In this document: positions 52,389 through 64,000 of the stretch, in pieces
Position numbering within the stretch: position 1 is the stretch's first letter
Layout of the letters: the number at the start of each line of letters is the position of its first letter
Translations under genes and position numbers: made by a program
Notes under the pieces: model-generated
Seen by the model: only the letters and a program-made list of their open reading frames with translations
Told to the model about the DNA's origin: nothing
Database searches by the model: none
Assembly (NCBI GenBank): GCA_047495785.1
Contig: JBLDXI010000017.1
Coordinates: forward strand, 1,240,001-1,304,000
Length of the DNA stretch: 64,000 nt
Direction: 5' to 3'
Source: Lepidodermella squamata
Lineage: Eukaryota > Animalia > Gastrotricha

Positions 52389-54212
52389 AATTTTCCAAAG
52401 ATGTCCCCTTTGCGCACCGTGTTTACACAAAATCTTTCACGAACTATTATTTCCTTATCAAAAACTACGCTTGCTCCTCTGCTTCTGGTGCCAGTCTGGT
52501 GTGTGTCCGTATGTGTGTTGCGCTGTCACTTTCTGTCCTCATCATTTACGTTTGCGGAGATGCTATGTCATCTTGCCCAATTGACTGCCATCTTCTCATC
52601 TCGGTTATTTGAATTAATACCCTTTATTATATTTTAGTATTAAAGACATGCCGTTTGAAATGAGGTGCCCTAAGAAGATTCTGATTGGAGGTTGTACTTA
52701 TTGCACCGCGAATGATGTCTACCGTTTTTATACGGCATGTCTCATTTGGAATGTATTTCTATATGATACCATTTTGAGAGTGTTTTGTATTTATTACTAG
52801 GGCTTGTTTGAATTAATAATCTTCGAGGTTTATCGATTTTATGCTTTAAACCTTAATTTTACGATTTAAGCCTTTGAGATTCTAAGATTACCTAAGTAAT
52901 TTCTTACACTTTATATCGCTCGTATATAATGGTTTGTTGGGCAATTTCTTAGTCCTCTTTGTTGTTCTTGTACACTCACATTATTCGGTGAGCATGTGGT
53001 TGAATTGATAATTAATATAATTTTGCGAAGAACCTTCTTGAAATATTTCCATGTAACAGCGAAACCTCTAAATGGAAGAATTTATTGATTTCTCTGTTTC
53101 CGTTTGGAATCACACAAGCCTCAGCAAGGAAGGCTACTTGAAAGTATCTATAATGTATTTTCAAAGTTTATGCAATTTCACGTCCTGAGACCTTACTTGC
53201 TGCTTGGACTCGGATGAACTCAATGGAATGTTTCGTGCATCGATATTTATTCACCAAGAAAAAATTGCGGAGAAAAACGGCGCGGAGAAATTGATGACCT
53301 GCAAACATTTCTCTCACCCTCTCGTGAAATTTCAAGTTTGGCTGCTGGTGTTTTTTCTGATTGATTGACGGAAAAAAATGATGATATTCATAAATAATAA
53401 AAAGGTGCATTTTTATCACGATTTTTATTGCGCGTGCCAAAAACTCATTCGCCTCGTGGTTTTTTTCAGAATTTTAATTGAGCTGATAATTAGAAGCGCC
53501 GTCGTGAAAGCTGGAAGAGAGCCAAATCAGTAGTATCAAACAGGCATTAGAAAATTATCCAAAAAGCGAGATTAATGGATCCAGTGTTTTCGGATGAAAT
53601 TTCAAAGGTTATCAAATTTCCCCTCACAAATGTGATTCCAGAGAAATTTTATTCATTTCTAGACAATCCTGAGTTGAGTGTTCGAATTTCATTCCACGGG
53701 TCTTTTTAGCTAATATTTATTCAGATGGAGCCTGGTTTCTTTTTATCTGGATGAGACTGTCCGTTACTAACACTCCCACAAAAAACGTTCTACGTCACAG
53801 CCTTATAGCAGCGTACCTCTCCCGCCCACGACATTTGTTGTTTCAGCGTTTCCTCACATATTTGACTTGGCGCTTTTCGTCCATTTCAAGTTTTCGAAAA
53901 CCAAACATTTTTACCGGTAGTTTTTTATCACGGTATCAAAACTGCCTAGGTCACTTAGCAGCGTGGAGCGTTGAGATAAGGGCCCCGAAATGGGACTAAG
54001 CGCGATGAGTGCAATATAATTCATCGTGTTAATTAAGTGCAGATGCGCTTGGTTGGCGCGAGTGTTTACCATTACTTCACACACAACGATCATTGTTACG
54101 CAACTGTTGATTTGCACAAAAGCAGTGTTATTGCCGGCAATCGCCACGATGATTTATGACTCTCCGTTGAAGGGCCACGCTCTTAACCTCGCTCATTTTC
54201 ATTTCATTTTAA

Positions 54213-54881
54213 ATGGCCGCTAAATCGTTGCCTTATCCATCGAGCCCTTACGAACCGGCGATATTTAGCGACGATCAACGCGCGATGGATAATCGCGATT
54301 CGATAGATTTCTCGCAAAAAATCAGCCTGGACGATGCGCTGGCCGGGCGAAACACGCGGCCTATTCGCGTGTTTGCCGACGGAGTCTACGACATGTTCCA
54401 CTCGGGCCACGCGCGGCAGCTCATGCAGGCTAAAATGGCCTTCCCCGGCCCGGTTTACGTTCTAGTCGGCATTCCGAACGACTCGGAGACGATCGAGCAA
54501 AAAGGCACGATAGTCATGAATCAGTACGAGCGAGCTGAAATTCTACGTCATTGCCGCTATGTCGACGAAATAATTCTTGCATCGCCGTATTTAATCGACG
54601 ATGAATTCATGCAATTCCACAAAATCGACTTTGTCGCGCACGACGATGTGCCTTATCCGCAGGGCGATGTGGAGGATATTTACAAATGGCTGAAGGATTC
54701 GGGCCGATTTTTACCAACTGGCCGCACGAACGGCGTGTCAACGAGTGATATTATCACGCGAATTTTAAAAACAAACCCACCGCGCTCGTCATTATCGTCT
54801 TATCTCCACAGGGCGTTTGCATTTTTGTGGCAAACATTTTTCGAACGCAAAAATAATTCAAATTGCGAACTTTTTAATTAA
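54213..54881 (+). CDS. PCYT1: Choline-phosphate cytidylyltransferase, copy 2 (intronless, C-terminally truncated)
   Basis: [42 protein letters not shown], then a short unrelated tail. Confidence 0.88.
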   Translation: MAAKSLPYPSSPYEPAIFSDDQRAMDNRDSIDFSQKISLDDALAGRNTRPIRVFADGVYDMFHSGHARQLMQAKMAFPGPVYVLVGIPNDSETIEQKGTIVMNQYERAEILRHCRYVDEIILASPYLIDDEFMQFHKIDFVAHDDVPYPQGDVEDIYKWLKDSGRFLPTGRTNGVSTSDIITRILKTNPPRSSLSSYLHRAFAFLWQTFFERKNNSNCELFN

Positions 54882-55379
54882 GGCGGCTTTTTTACATTTT
54901 CAAGTGCGAATTATTTTGTTTATTCGATTCGCACTCAATTATTTAAAGAATGAGCTTGAGTACTAAAAAACTACTACTATCGATAATTTTTATTGTTCTT
55001 CAGCAATTATGACTAGCCTAATTTTTGTCGAAAGGTCGGAAATGTGGTGCCATATAGGAGCGTCTTTCGTGAATGGCCACGTGTTAATACGCCGCGTGAA
55101 ACGTGATGGATGACACAGCAGATGCCTCTCACAACCACACACATAAAACATAGCGTTTTTTTTAGCGTTGCTATTTAGTCCATTATTCAGTCCATAGTTC
55201 GTGTGCGGTGTTTAGCTTTTTTTTATCAGCAAAAACATCGTGTGAAAATAATACAATACCTAGTAATAATCAAGTAAATTTAGCCTAGAAAAGCATACAA
55301 TTATTTTTCTTTTATTCGTGAATAAAATAATACTCTTTAAACTTTTTTGTTCTCTAGATTTTTTTATTGAAGACTCAAA

Positions 55380-57440
55380 ATGTCGCGGAAGAACGGCGCT
55401 GGAAAACACAAGGGGAAAATTGCGAAAAATTTGGCGGCTAAAAAATCGCTATCAGTGTCCTCGTCCTCGCGAAAGCCCAGTTTAACCCCGGCGATAGCGC
55501 CGCCAAGTAATCTACAAACAGCGTTAGACCGCCCGGCTGTTTTCAGCGATGAACCAGAGGCGATAGCTCGCCGCGATGCCGTTGATTACACGGTTCGAAT
55601 TTCGCTTGAAGACGCGCGAGCTGGCCGGGCGAAACGCGTCATTCGCATTTACGCCGATGGTGTCTACGACATGTTCCATTCAGGTAAAAATCCACTCACA
55701 TACTTTTGCGATTCAAATAGAAATTTAGCACTTCTACGACTTGGACGATTATTATATTTGATAATGAATTTAATATAAATTAGAGTTTAAGGTTGATTAG
55801 CGAAGCTTGGCTTCCAGCCAATTTCGTATCGAAAATGGAATTTCTCCCAACTTTTCAGCAGATTTTATCTGTGAGTCTTCAAGAATGGCTCCGGAAATTA
55901 ATGCCAACTGTCCATTCTAAAAATTTTCAAGATTTGGGTTTTTTCGTTTGTCGCCATCTTGAAGCTCGAGATTGTTGCGAATATTTTCGGGTATTTAACC
56001 GGTTTTAGAGCCATATTTGGCGATGATTTTCCGTTCCTTGGGAATTAGCTCGCCTTGCAATTGAAAATTCTATGGTATCGAGGGACATACATTTCATTAG
56101 GAGCGGAGCAATTTGAAAATGAAACTCCCAAATCCTGTGTATTTTAAGACTTGATGACTCAATCAAATTATAGGAATTTGATGCATGCAATTTCCCTCAA
56201 AAAGGTCGATTATCGAACTGTTCACCTTTAGTTATCAATCAAATCGTTTAAAGACGGAGAAAATCTTTGAAAAATTGAATTTTTGGCCAAATTTATTTGG
56301 ATTCAAAATATATGCATATAGGGTAACTAGTATACACCTTAAATTTAGGGTTCCAGCACTGAATTTGAGGCATCAGCAATTGACTGTCTCAAAATATGGG
56401 TTTTCGAGTTTCAGCTATTCGTAAGAACCTCAGTATTTTATTGCCATGCCTAACCGATAGATCGCTAGGGTTCAGTTGTCGAGTTAGATCAGACCGCATA
56501 GCCGATATCGATTCCAAGTATCGATTTCTTAAATCAGTGATTTTCTTTCCGATACAGCCAAAGTCAACAAATTCCCGATATACATTGGGCTAACGGTTGG
56601 CTAAAATGAAAATTGTAATTGAAAAAATTAGCCCTGGAATCTCAATTTTAGCAGGCTAAATATTGACATCCAGAATTATTTCTTAATTTTGGCCAAATTA
56701 ACCTGGGCTCAACATTTTTTCCAAATTTTGCGAGAAAATTTTGATTTTTTTTTCATTTTTATGATTTTTTTCTTGTATTTTCTAGGTCACGCCCGCCAGC
56801 TGATGCAAGCGAAGGCGGCGTTTCCCGGCTGCCAGGTGTACCTCATCGTCGGCGTGTGTTCGGCCGAAAGCACGCACCGCTACAAGGGCCAGACGGTGAT
56901 GAGCGAGCACGAGCGCTACGAAATGGTGCGCCACTGCCGCTACGTCGACGAGGTGTACCGCGACGCGCCGTGGGTCACGGACATGGCGTTTATGCGCCGG
57001 TTGAAAATCGACTTTGTCGCACACGACGACATACCGTACGCGAGCATCGGCTCGGACGACGTTTACAAGTGGCTGAAAGACGCCGGCATGTTCCTCGCCA
57101 CCGAGCGCACGGAGGGCATTTCGACGACGGACGTTATCACTCGCATCATCCGCGACTACAACACTTACATCAGGCGAAATTTGAAGCGCGGCTATTCGCG
57201 GCAAGAGCTCAACGTTGGCTACGTCAAGGAGAAACAACTGAAAATCTACGACAAGGTCGAATCAGTCAGAAATCGTGCCAATCACCTGTTGCTGTATTGG
57301 GAAGATAAATCAGTCAAAATTATTCACGATTTTATCGGTAAATTTATTAACCAATTTTCGGAAGAATTTTTTTAATTTTTTTCAATTCAGGCATGTTCGA
57401 ACGAAATGGCTCCGTCCGCCGCTGGCTTCGCAATAAATAG
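55380..57440 (+). CDS. PCYT1: Choline-phosphate cytidylyltransferase, copy 3 (exons 55380-55683, 56786-57337, 57391-57440)
   Basis: HSG|H is split by a phase-1 intron; RTEGIST; [17 protein letters not shown]; ends [16 protein letters not shown]. Confidence 0.92.
56340..56620. repeat. Degenerate dispersed repeat shared with about 40490-40760
   Basis: AGCCGATA(TA)TCGATTCCAAGTATCGATTT..AAATCA.TGATTTT occurs at both about 40605 and about 56500, with similar flanks. Confidence 0.55.
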
Positions 57441-58407
57441 ATCTTCCCGTTGTTTTTTTTGAGAAAAAATTGACTTGCATAAAAACTTTGTAGCTATAAT
57501 CACAGTAATTTTAGCTTATTATAAGCAAAAAATGGTACTATATAATATAATGATTGCAATGATGCTACTTTTTCCTTCTTATTTTTCTCTTTCGGTTTCT
57601 GGTTTTTTCGGTCGTTTGCAAAATGCGCCTATAAATATGAATGAAATCGAAATTGAAATTCGTAATAATAATCATTTTTCGTAAAATAATTTTTTCCGGT
57701 GAGAATAATGTTCGACCGCGGCTGAATAAAAAAAACTGATAGTTGCCAATTTTTGCGTTTTTAAATTATTAATGTTGGATTTCTAATTTTAGAGTGTTTT
57801 TTAAGCACGTGAATGCGGCTGTTTTTTTCTCACACTGTTCCCGTGTTTTTATTGTCTCCACAGCGGGCGTTGTTTGATTGCTCGCCACTTATAATATTAT
57901 TGTTATAATAACCTACATGTGGCATCATAACGCCTGCAAAATGAATAAATAAACCTGGAATCTTATCCATGCACACGTGTACAACGCATCTGTTTCTTGC
58001 AGGTCGTGTGGCAATGTTACGCCGCCATGCGCTGGTCAAAAGGTCAAAGTCTATCCGAGTGTACGGTACTTGCATATTGGCCAGTACTACACTCATATTG
58101 TGGTACACTTTTATGTCTCTCGAGCCTTTTCATTTGCAGTCAAATCCCAGTTATTCCTATGAACTGAATTTAAGCGGGAATTTTTTTCATTTGAAATTGA
58201 GGTAACTCGAGCGTTTCTGGTATTAGCGTTTTCGCTGTATTTCGGCCTTTGCCCTTTCGACCCATATTTTTTCCTCTGAATCCTGGATTGGCCTTGTGCC
58301 TTATGGTGTGATGTGGCGTGTTTTTTGTCCTATCGCATGAGCAATCGCTATAGTCTTACTGTCTTCTTTTTTATTAGCTTAGTCATCTGAAATTGTTAAT
58401 CAAAAAT

Positions 58408-61400
58408 ATGAAAATTGACGCCTATCAAGATTTAGGCAGTTCAACCGCTTCGTCGTCGCCATCTCCCGCCAATGCATCGACCGGTACGTCGTCTCCGGTT
58501 TTCATCGACGTTAAGCCATCCAGTCATTCTAGCAATGAAGCCAACAACCGGAGTCGTTATCTCGAACCGGCGCCGTTTAGCGACGATCCTTTAGCTATAG
58601 CGAGGCGTGAATCTGTTGATTATTCGATCAAGGTCACGCTTGAAGAAGCTTTTTCCGGCAAGGCTCGGCGACAAGTCCGCGTTTATGCCGACGGCGTCTA
58701 CGACATGTTTCATTCAGGTAATTTTATTATTTTATGGGATTTACCTAAGCTGAATTTTAAATTTAAATTTGAATTTCCGTAACGTGTGGTAGTGTTGGAT
58801 CTGCAGTAATAGCTTTGCTGCGCCACAAAATATAGACACAATGTAAAATATTTACGTTTTATCATCTCCCGAGTGGCGTAAAACTTAGGGCATTTGGAGC
58901 GATAAGCAATTTTTGGAAAATTGAAATTAATTTCGAAAAATTGCAGAGCTATAATAATAATGTTTTTATTTTTCCTCTCATTCGACTGGTGCGTCTATAC
59001 CGTTTCCGGTTTTGGGGAGGGGGAAGGCAGGCGAAAGATGGAAATCACCCACCCCCACAGTTGAACATCTTACTTTCTCCCATTTCCCATGAATTCGTAA
59101 TTATCAAGCGAGTTGACAATCATGCGCCATTCGTCTCGGTCAAATGATAGTAATTCAGTCAATTGAAAATCAGGAATAATTTGGAATTGGTATTCATGTT
59201 TTTCTCCGGGTTTTTTTCTTTTTAGCCGGTTTTTCTCTTTTTGTTTTTTGGGTTGCCTTTTTCTTCGGAGAACCTCCTTAACAATGCCAGCCTTGTGTAA
59301 AGTACAGTAGAAGCAATTGCAATAGGCAATACGAAAAGCCGTTGTGTAACTGTTAATTTCCCGTAGCGGTGCTCACCTCTTTGTAACGCTTCTTTGTGCC
59401 TGTAAAACCCATTACAACCGCGCCACCCGTAAAAAGCATTACAAGTCGTTTTTTCTGCCATTCATTTCTAACTTTATTGAGCAATATTGTAAGGCATTAT
59501 AAGGTGCATATAACAAATGGAAATCTTAACAAAAGACATCGAATGAGTAAGACTCGTCGAGCAGTTTAAGGCAGGCATTAAGGTATATAAGGAATGAGCA
59601 ACGTCAGAATATCGTTGAGAATATCATTGAGCAAAAAGACTGAATTCGTATAAGAATAAAATAAGTTGGCCGTGGGTCGTGTGAGAGGCTCTGCTGGCTG
59701 CGTTTTGGTATTTCACGTAAATGCCAAACTGGGCACTTATCGGCAGAACTTTGCGAGCGTCTTCTGACGTTGGACGAATACCACAGAAGTAGTTGATGTA
59801 GTCCGCCATATCGAGACCTGCTGCTAAGCAGCGTTCGCCATAGCGTTTGAAGGCATCAAGGAAGACATCCTCAATGCATGGAGTCGACTCCGTCGCAAGC
59901 GATGACGTCAAATATTTCCGTTTCGAAGGGCAGATCGAACAAGGCTCAACGGCTTTGTTCACGAAGTTTGATAGCAACAAGCGCTCACGATTTAGCAAGA
60001 TCTTCAGTCTTCCGGTTTTTGATTCCAGTGAGTTGTTTGCCGAGCAAGAAACGCTGAAACAGCAAAATTAAGAAAATCAAACCTTCAAGATAGAGTTCCT
60101 GAAGGCTAACCAAGTAGCCGATAGTAACCGAATCGGTAACTTTCAGCCCGTTTCGTCCAAACTTTTCAGGCTTTTGGTAATCCAACCAAAATTAACCTCT
60201 TAATTTTCCAGGCCAAGCCGAAAAATTTCTAACGGGCTCAAAAATAAGGTAAAAATGGGAAAATTCTTTAAAATGTCGGGAAAATCACGAACCACTCGAC
60301 CCATCTTTGGTGAAAGTTTCGGAATTAAGAGGCTTAAATTATTAAAATGCAAAAACACTGTTTTGTCCAAAATTACACATGCTACGGCAAAAAATGAGTA
60401 AAAAATGACTAAATTATTACCGATTTTCTTTAGGTCACGCACGTCAATTGATGCAAGCGAAAACTGCTTTCCCGCCTGAAACCGATGTTTACCTGATCGT
60501 TGGCATGAACAGCGATGCCGAAACTCACGCCCTAAAGGGCAAAACTGTCATGTCCGAGGAGGAACGTTACGAAGTCGTTCGACATTGCCGCTACGTCGAC
60601 GAGGTGTACCGCGGCGGGCCGTTCTACCTCGACCGCGATTTCATTATCGAAAACAAAATCGACTTTATAGCCCACGACGATTTGCCCTACCCGACGGCGG
60701 ACGGGTCGGGCGATGCTTACGATTGGGTGAAGCGTGACGGCATGTTTTTATCGACGAAACGCACGCCCCACGTATCGACAACTCAAGTTATCACGCGAAT
60801 TATCAGCGATTATGATTCGTATTTGCTGCGGAATTTAAAGCGAGGATGTTCGAAATCTGAGCTTGGCTTGAGCTATGTCAAGGAGCAGCAGTTGAAATTA
60901 GCAGAAAAATCCGAAAAGGCTAGCCACATTCTCGACCATTGGGAATCTATGTCTCGAGAGTTCATCGGAAATTTCATTGGTGAGTACAAATTTTCGCAAC
61001 ATCGCAAAACGCCAAAACATTAAATCGCCATTGTTAGAATAATTTTTAAAATTATAAAAATACATTTTTCCCAAAGTCATATCGGAGAAAATTACGCAGA
61101 ATTTTAGGGAAATTCATCTGCATATCGAATAATTAATCATAAAATTCTAGAAAAGTTTGAAATCGCATTTTGGGCGAATAAATTACTTGGTATTATTGAT
61201 TAGTAGGATCCAAAATTTGTTGCTTCGTGAGAAAAACGAAAATTTCAATCATTAAGGAGGACTTTTTCCTTTTTCTATTTTTTTTTAGCATTTTTTAGTT
61301 TAGTCTCTTTTTAGGCCAAAATTCAATTTTTCGTAAAGCCTAATTCTTAATTTTTTCTCTTGATTTTAGGAATGTTCGAGCGTCATGGCCGGTTCGGATC

Positions 61401-61563
61401 GTGGCTGACCGGTCATTCCTATCACCGCCGCATTTCGCCGCCAAATTCCACGAATCACAGTTCAAGCGGAATCGACGTTCAAAGCTGCGATGACACGGAC
61501 AGCTTCGCAGACGAGTACGACGTGGCCGAAGCCCTTCACCTTGAAGTTCAGCCAGTCAACTGA
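58408..61563 (+). CDS. PCYT1: Choline-phosphate cytidylyltransferase, copy 4 (exons 58408-58717, 60434-60979, 61370-61563)
   Basis: HSG|H is split by an intron; [12 protein letters not shown]; RTPHVST; YLLRNLKRG; Ser/Asp-rich tail. Confidence 0.92.
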
Positions 61564-62235
61564 AATAAACATTGAAAAACAGCAAAAAATTCGAAAAAAT
61601 ATTTTAGTCATAAAAAATAAGCAGAACTGCCTTATTATTTACTTCGGCTCAATTTTTTGATGGGTTCTGTCTTTTGTTTTGCTTGTTATTTTGCGCACGT
61701 TTCATCTCTTATTGCATCGTGTTTACTGTTCGCAAATTCTTATTATTTGATGAAGGCCTTAATATTGCCTTTATTCGTTATCTCGAACTGGCCCGGAGGC
61801 TGAATTTTGTTACAAGTTAGCAAAATAAAAATGAAAAAAAAACAATGCATGTAATTTTTATTATCATGGATGATTCATTGCGGCGGGCGAAACCGCCATG
61901 TTTTTCACTATAAGGTCGCTCAAGTAATTTGAATGAATCATGTCGTTACACATGTTAGTACTGATGCCTGGATAAACGGCCTGAAAGTTTGCCCTAGTGC
62001 TGATGCTTGGGAACGCCACTAATATGCCCGCTATTGAAATAAATTACTCAGGGTAGTGTAACAGATGATTCAGTTTCAAGTGAGAAATTCCTGAACGCCA
62101 ATTCCGTCAATGGATGCCTGCCTCTAAAATTAACGTTATAGAGAAATTGCACGCAATCCGGTTAGACAAAGGGTATATAAAGCAGGGTTCCAGCAGTGGC
62201 TGAAATTATTAATTTTACAGTTTCTTAAAAGAAGA

Positions 62236-63303
62236 ATGGCAGACATGGGTTCGAACAATCTGCCACATCAAAATGACGAGAAAGCCACACCGCCTAGCAC
62301 TTCTGGATTGGTTTACGCTAATCTAACACCAATGCCGCAGGCAGGGACCAACTGCTACTTGCCACCACAAAACCAGCCACAGTTTGGCTACCCGAATCCA
62401 GCGCAATATCAGGTATTTTTTTTCGCAGAGGCTTTGAGGTTGATTTCTTCATAGATTCTCTACGTAGTTCTTCCAACCGATTCCAGTTTATGAATTTCCC
62501 CCAGGACAGCATATGATGATTCATCAGCACCCATTTGAAGGCTTTCCTATCGCCTTCCCGCAGCAGCCCATTATTCAATATCAACACCATGAGATCAGCC
62601 ACACAAGATCTGCCTCAGACTTTACGCCTAATCAGCCGATATCGGTTGAACCTCAACTTGTTGGTACAGCATCAGATGCGAAAACGCGATCGCTACCTAG
62701 TACACGCAGACCACGGCGAATCTCAGAATCACATCAGGTTTTTATTTAATTTTGTTTTGGTATAACATTTTTATTTAAATTATTAATTTCAGAGCGCTTG
62801 CAAAAATCTATTAACTCGATTAAGAAATCGCGATGCAGCTCGGCGATGCCGAGAGCGTAAAATGACGAAGATAAATGTTCTTCAGGAGGTAAGATTTTAT
62901 TAGTTTCCAACATCCAACACGGCGAAATTCATCATTATTTTTTTTGTAGGAGGTCAAAAAGTTGGAAGATGAGCAAAAATCGCTGAATGATATTATAAAT
63001 AATTATGTTCAACTTCCAGCTGAAATTCTAAAGCTGATTCAGTCGCCATCTCACGAGTGCTGTCTTCGGAATGAGCGGCAAAAAATCGTCGAACGACCCA
63101 AGTCTCTTACGCGACCTTCCGAGGAACCGATGGAAACCCTAACAGCAAGAATTGATAGCATGATGGAAACGCCACAGGAAAGTGGTGAGCTCAAGTCGTT
63201 TTCAGACGACGTTCAGCATTTGAGTTTCATGCTTTCAGGTGATTCCCTTCGAACGCCCGTCTCTGATGTGCCACATTTACCATTTGGGGCGTTCAAAAAA
63301 TGA
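62236..63303 (+). CDS. bZIP transcription factor (ATF/Fos-like basic region), multi-exon
   Basis: Exon 62793-62888 encodes LTRLRNRDAARRCRERKMTKINVLQE and is followed by EVKKLEDEQKSLNDII (zipper). The N-terminus is Gln/Pro-rich, and TATATAAA lies at about 62174. Confidence 0.8.
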
Positions 63304-64000
63304 CCTAGCTAGTTCTAAAGTTTAAAATTATTTATGAATAAAATGTGATAATATTATAAAGCTTTATCATTATGAATTTAGGAAGTGTTTTACCCCATGC
63401 ATATCTGGTTTAGTTCTTAAGGGTCTATTTGTATGGCCTTTTAAATTTTGGAATGGGTAACCGGAATATGAGTTCAAATAATAATAGACCTTTTGAATGC
63501 TCATAAATTAGCCAACAGTGCTAACAATTTCGGGGAGATGAGTAGCCAAAATTTAAAGGTGTGTTGGGGATGGCTAGATAAACTCTTATACGGACTTTTC
63601 CCATTTCCCATTCTTTGCCAATTTTTCCAATATGTTAAGACTAACATTACATTCGAGAGGGGGCATGGAACGTTCGCGATAGAGGTCTTGTTGGAAGCAT
63701 GTTATGATGGTGATTCATTTTAACCATCATAAAAATTGGCAGCGTTCGAGCACAGGTTCGCTCTTATAAATGACACCTGAATAGAACAGCTAGATAGCCA
63801 GCCAGGTGTGGGGTTTTTTGTATATGAATGACGACATTTTGATGCATAATAACGGGGAACAGCGGTTTGCCACTTTAACGCAGGTGTGGAAAACGGGCTG
63901 AATTGTTCAAGCGCATCTTGGCAACCATACCTACTATTCCTATGAATAAGAACTATCTGCGTCTTAGATTTCTATACTTTTTCTCCTACGATAAGCATAT

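Overview
This is eukaryotic (metazoan) genomic DNA with short GT-AG introns of about 50 nt. A nematode-like invertebrate is inferred from intron size, the actin N-terminus and the FAM50 N-terminus, but this is not proven. The first 26.5 kb is a minus-strand tandem array of 11 related genes (here A-K, with H a pseudogene). They encode type I membrane proteins built from a signal peptide, a trypsin-fold (S1) domain that is catalytically dead in all but one copy, an optional Thr/Pro/basic stalk and Sushi/CCP domain, one TM helix and a short Cys-rich tail. The genes fall into two subfamilies that recur as a fixed, tightly spaced pair (C>B, E>D, G>F, J>I). Each spacer is about 90-145 bp and carries an unpaired splice acceptor just before the downstream ATG, which suggests a repeated two-gene operon for a heterodimeric receptor. 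Two paralogous plus-strand low-complexity genes sharing the motif APDMxLPNSTYR bracket the array, and a decayed MULE transposon interrupts copy H. The rest of the window holds a disrupted FAM50/XAP5, tRNA-Glu(CTC), tRNA-Asp(GTC), PPT1, actin with two CArG boxes, TEAD/scalloped, several MITE/foldback elements, four tandem diverged choline-phosphate cytidylyltransferases (PCYT1-like) and a bZIP gene. Exon boundaries were read by eye and are approximate where noted.
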